The notes beneath the pieces are model-generated. The model saw nothing but the letters and a program-made list of their open reading frames with translations, ran no database searches and was not told the DNA's origin. Of a stretch of 64,000 nt of DNA, positions 61,831-64,000 are shown in pieces; the stretch's first letter is position 1; every line of letters starts with the position of its first letter. Location of the stretch: assembly GCA_965222225.1 (NCBI GenBank), contig CBDCTK010000002.1, positions 5,024,001 to 5,088,000 of the forward strand, given 5' to 3'. Origin of the DNA: Candidatus Poribacteria bacterium. GTDB taxonomy: Bacteria; Poribacteria; WGA-4E; JAJDTR01. The position numbers were made by a program, and so were the translations under genes.

Positions 61831-62577
61831 TTGAGAACGGCTAATCCTGCCCTTAACGAAAATACATTCACGAGAGTTGAACGCACGTATGCGGATTCCG
61901 ATGTAATGTCGATTCAGGGTACGGTAAACAAGATAGGAATCTTGCTTGTGCTGACGATAGCCACTGCAACTTGGACGTGGACATTCGCAGGAGGGGAATC
62001 CCAAGCAGTGTACCCGTTGTTAACCTTCGGTGGAATCGGTGGTTTGATTGTCGCCATCGTTACCGTGTTTAAACAGACGTGGTCCCCTGTCACCGCGCCA
62101 ATTTACTGTTTGCTAAAAGGGCTCGTTCTCGGTGGCATTTCGGCAATCTTCGAAGCGATGTTCCCTGGAATCGTCTTTCAAGCGGTGTGTTTAACCTTCG
62201 GCACACTCTTTTGTCTGCTCATTGCGTACAGAACCGGACTCATCAAAGCGACCGAGAATTTCAAACTAGGCGTGGCTGCCGCGACCGGCGCGATTATGCT
62301 TGTTTATGCGGTGACATTCCTTCTTGGTCTCTTCGGCATCGGTCAACTGGATTTTATCCACGGTTCCGGGCTGATTGGTATCGGTTTTAGTCTGTTCGTC
62401 GTTGTCATCGCGGCGCTGAATCTCGTGCTAGACTTCGATTTCATTGAAAACGGCGCGGCACGCGGTGCACCGAAATATATGGAGTGGTACGCAGCCTTCG
62501 GCTTGATGGTCACTCTGATCTGGCTGTATATTGAGATTTTGCGGCTGTTGGCGAAACTCGCGGCAAATCGGGATTAA
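61831..62577 (+). CDS. Bax inhibitor-1/YccA family membrane protein
   Basis: NLVLDFD, AFGLMVTLIWLYIEILRLL. Confidence 0.9.
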   Translation: MRTANPALNENTFTRVERTYADSDVMSIQGTVNKIGILLVLTIATATWTWTFAGGESQAVYPLLTFGGIGGLIVAIVTVFKQTWSPVTAPIYCLLKGLVLGGISAIFEAMFPGIVFQAVCLTFGTLFCLLIAYRTGLIKATENFKLGVAAATGAIMLVYAVTFLLGLFGIGQLDFIHGSGLIGIGFSLFVVVIAALNLVLDFDFIENGAARGAPKYMEWYAAFGLMVTLIWLYIEILRLLAKLAANRD

Positions 62578-62786
62578 GAGTGGGGAGGTGTTACAATTAC
62601 GACTTGTGCTAGTTGATATAGGCTATGCGAAAACGAAGTCTTTGATTTCGATGAACTGATAGAGCGTTGGGATGACTGGAAGCGTTACAGACATCCCAGT
62701 TTTTTATCGATATTTCCTCTCCCTAATATATAGCACGATTGGAATTTTCCATCTTACAAAAAAAAGACTGAGCATGCCCACTCATT

Positions 62787-62823
62787 GTTGTAGTCTATGA
62801 CGCGATAAAAAACAGACTAAAAA
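62787..62823 (+). CRISPR. Degenerate 37-bp repeat, variant B
   Basis: GTTGTAGTCTATGACGCGATAAAAAACAGACTAAAAA. Confidence 0.65.
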
Positions 62824-62843
62824 TTGGAATAAGGGTAAACATA

Positions 62844-63131
62844 ATGGAAAATACGACAGTAATGCTTGTGGCGATTCTAGTAGCGGTTTGGGGGTTGATA
62901 ATTGGCATCATTGCTCATTAGTGGTATATCACCAAGGCTTTGAACTCAGAGGCATTGAACTCAAAGATAAACCGAGATGACTTGAAACGCCTAAGAGATG
63001 ATTTCAACCGCTTGAGAAATGACATGAGTGTTCGCCAGTTGCTGTTTCAGCATGTGAGTGACCACGAGAAGCACGCCAACGCTGGCCAGGTGCGCAAGCA
63101 TGGACGACGAACTAATGATAGAAAAGGGTGA
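62844..63131 (+). pseudogene. TM + coiled-coil protein with in-frame TAG (62919-62921), similar in build to 32007-32396
   Basis: MENTTVMLVAILVAVWGLIIGIIAH*WYITKALNSEALNSK...VRQLLFQHV. Confidence 0.55.
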
Positions 63132-63194
63132 GATGTACCGATGGAGCATTGTGGGGTAAAAGTTAGTCGCATAGGGTTCTATTTCAACGGGGCG

Positions 63195-63231
63195 GTTGCA
63201 GTCTATGACGCGATGAAAAGCGGACTGAAAA
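63195..63231 (+). CRISPR. 37-bp repeat, variant B
   Basis: GTTGCAGTCTATGACGCGATGAAAAGCGGACTGAAAA. Confidence 0.75.
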
Positions 63232-63243
63232 AAAGGATCCGAT

Positions 63244-63858
63244 ATGTCGTTCAAATCGATGTTGAATGAAATTGGACAGGAGTTGCCAGCACTAAATCTG
63301 ACTGGAGTACTCGTTGTTTTCGGCATTGGTTTTTCAAGGTTAATCTATAAATTAGTGAGATTAGCGGAACATAAATGCTTCGCGAAACGTTTTCTCGCAA
63401 AATATACTCAAATGCTAAATGATGAGCAGACCGCCGCCGAATCGTATGAATGGTTACTTGACCATCTATCCCAGATAAAAAGGGAAATGAGAGCACACGG
63501 AGATAGTAACTATGCTCACATAAGTCACATCATATCAACTTTACATGATCGCCCTCCGGTACTCGCTCCCAATTTGGATGATGTTTGCGTAGATTTAAGG
63601 AAATATATCGGTACACTTTCTTATTCGATCCGAATACAGTGCAAACATGTTTGGCGTTTTCCTTTGTGGCCAATTGTATTGCCAATGCAAGTCGTAGAGC
63701 TGGTTGTGGTTGATATAATACTGCGATTTAGCAAAACCGCTGACTTTAATTCGCACAGTAGCCATCCCGTGATCTGGACAATCAAGATAATATTTGCCGT
63801 GTATACCTTTATCGCTGGCTGGGATGCAGTCGTGAAAAAAATTAAAGAGATTTTCTGA
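63244..63858 (+). CDS. Hypothetical membrane protein between repeats
   Basis: 204 aa, TM segments at both ends; AAGGA RBS right after the repeat. Confidence 0.7.
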   Translation: MSFKSMLNEIGQELPALNLTGVLVVFGIGFSRLIYKLVRLAEHKCFAKRFLAKYTQMLNDEQTAAESYEWLLDHLSQIKREMRAHGDSNYAHISHIISTLHDRPPVLAPNLDDVCVDLRKYIGTLSYSIRIQCKHVWRFPLWPIVLPMQVVELVVVDIILRFSKTADFNSHSSHPVIWTIKIIFAVYTFIAGWDAVVKKIKEIF

Positions 63859-63892
63859 GTTGTAAACCTGTCGTTTCTTGTCGTTTACACTG

Positions 63893-63929
63893 GTTATAGT
63901 CTATGTCTTGATGAAAAGGGGGCGTCGGT
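63893..63929 (+). CRISPR. Degenerate repeat, variant A-like
   Basis: GTTATAGTCTATGTCTTGATGAAAAGGGGGCG; the 3' end is lost. Confidence 0.6.
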
Positions 63930-64000
63930 GCCATCATTCTACCTGCCAAGTTGTACGAACCCGCCATTTTGGATAAACCTCGTTGGCCAATTAGTGACCA

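Noticed and set aside
62919-62921. Pyrrolysine or stop-codon reassignment at an in-frame TAG
   Set aside because: TAG ends ordinary genes elsewhere in the window; a nonsense mutation is simpler.

Overview
This is a bacterial window of about 50% GC. The gene content suggests Candidatus Poribacteria or a similar sponge-associated lineage (inference only). The pointers are several giant secreted proteins, two ending in a dockerin-like + 'NYPNPFNPETWIPYQL' FlgD/T9SS-like domain, plus a PhyH dioxygenase and amidohydrolase paralogs. Ordinary genes include glmM, a YvcK-family gene, hisA, sixA, gspG, RibD-C, ABC+DUF1854, an MFS transporter, a class III cyclase-STAND-TPR protein and YccA. Four things stand out. 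(1) Nine full, partial or degenerate copies of a 37-bp CRISPR-type repeat, two of them behind an identical-length 142-bp leader. They bracket gene-sized cargo rather than ~35-nt spacers, in two islands (30.7-35.8 kb and 62.8-63.9 kb), and no cas genes are in the window. (2) A ~36-38-bp element (GATCAA..GRATA..GATAG..ATCC) with fixed and hypervariable positions that appears inserted into REP-like hairpins and into copies of itself; filled and empty versions of one site are both visible. (3) A secreted tandem peroxiredoxin with two in-frame UGA codons at the catalytic positions, i.e. a probable double selenoprotein. (4) An amidohydrolase-fold triplet plus Rieske ferredoxin plus alcohol dehydrogenase, resembling AibH1H2-type dinuclear oxygenases. 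IS701-like and IS1595 elements and several pseudogenes are also present. All calls come from reading motifs by eye; no database searches were run.
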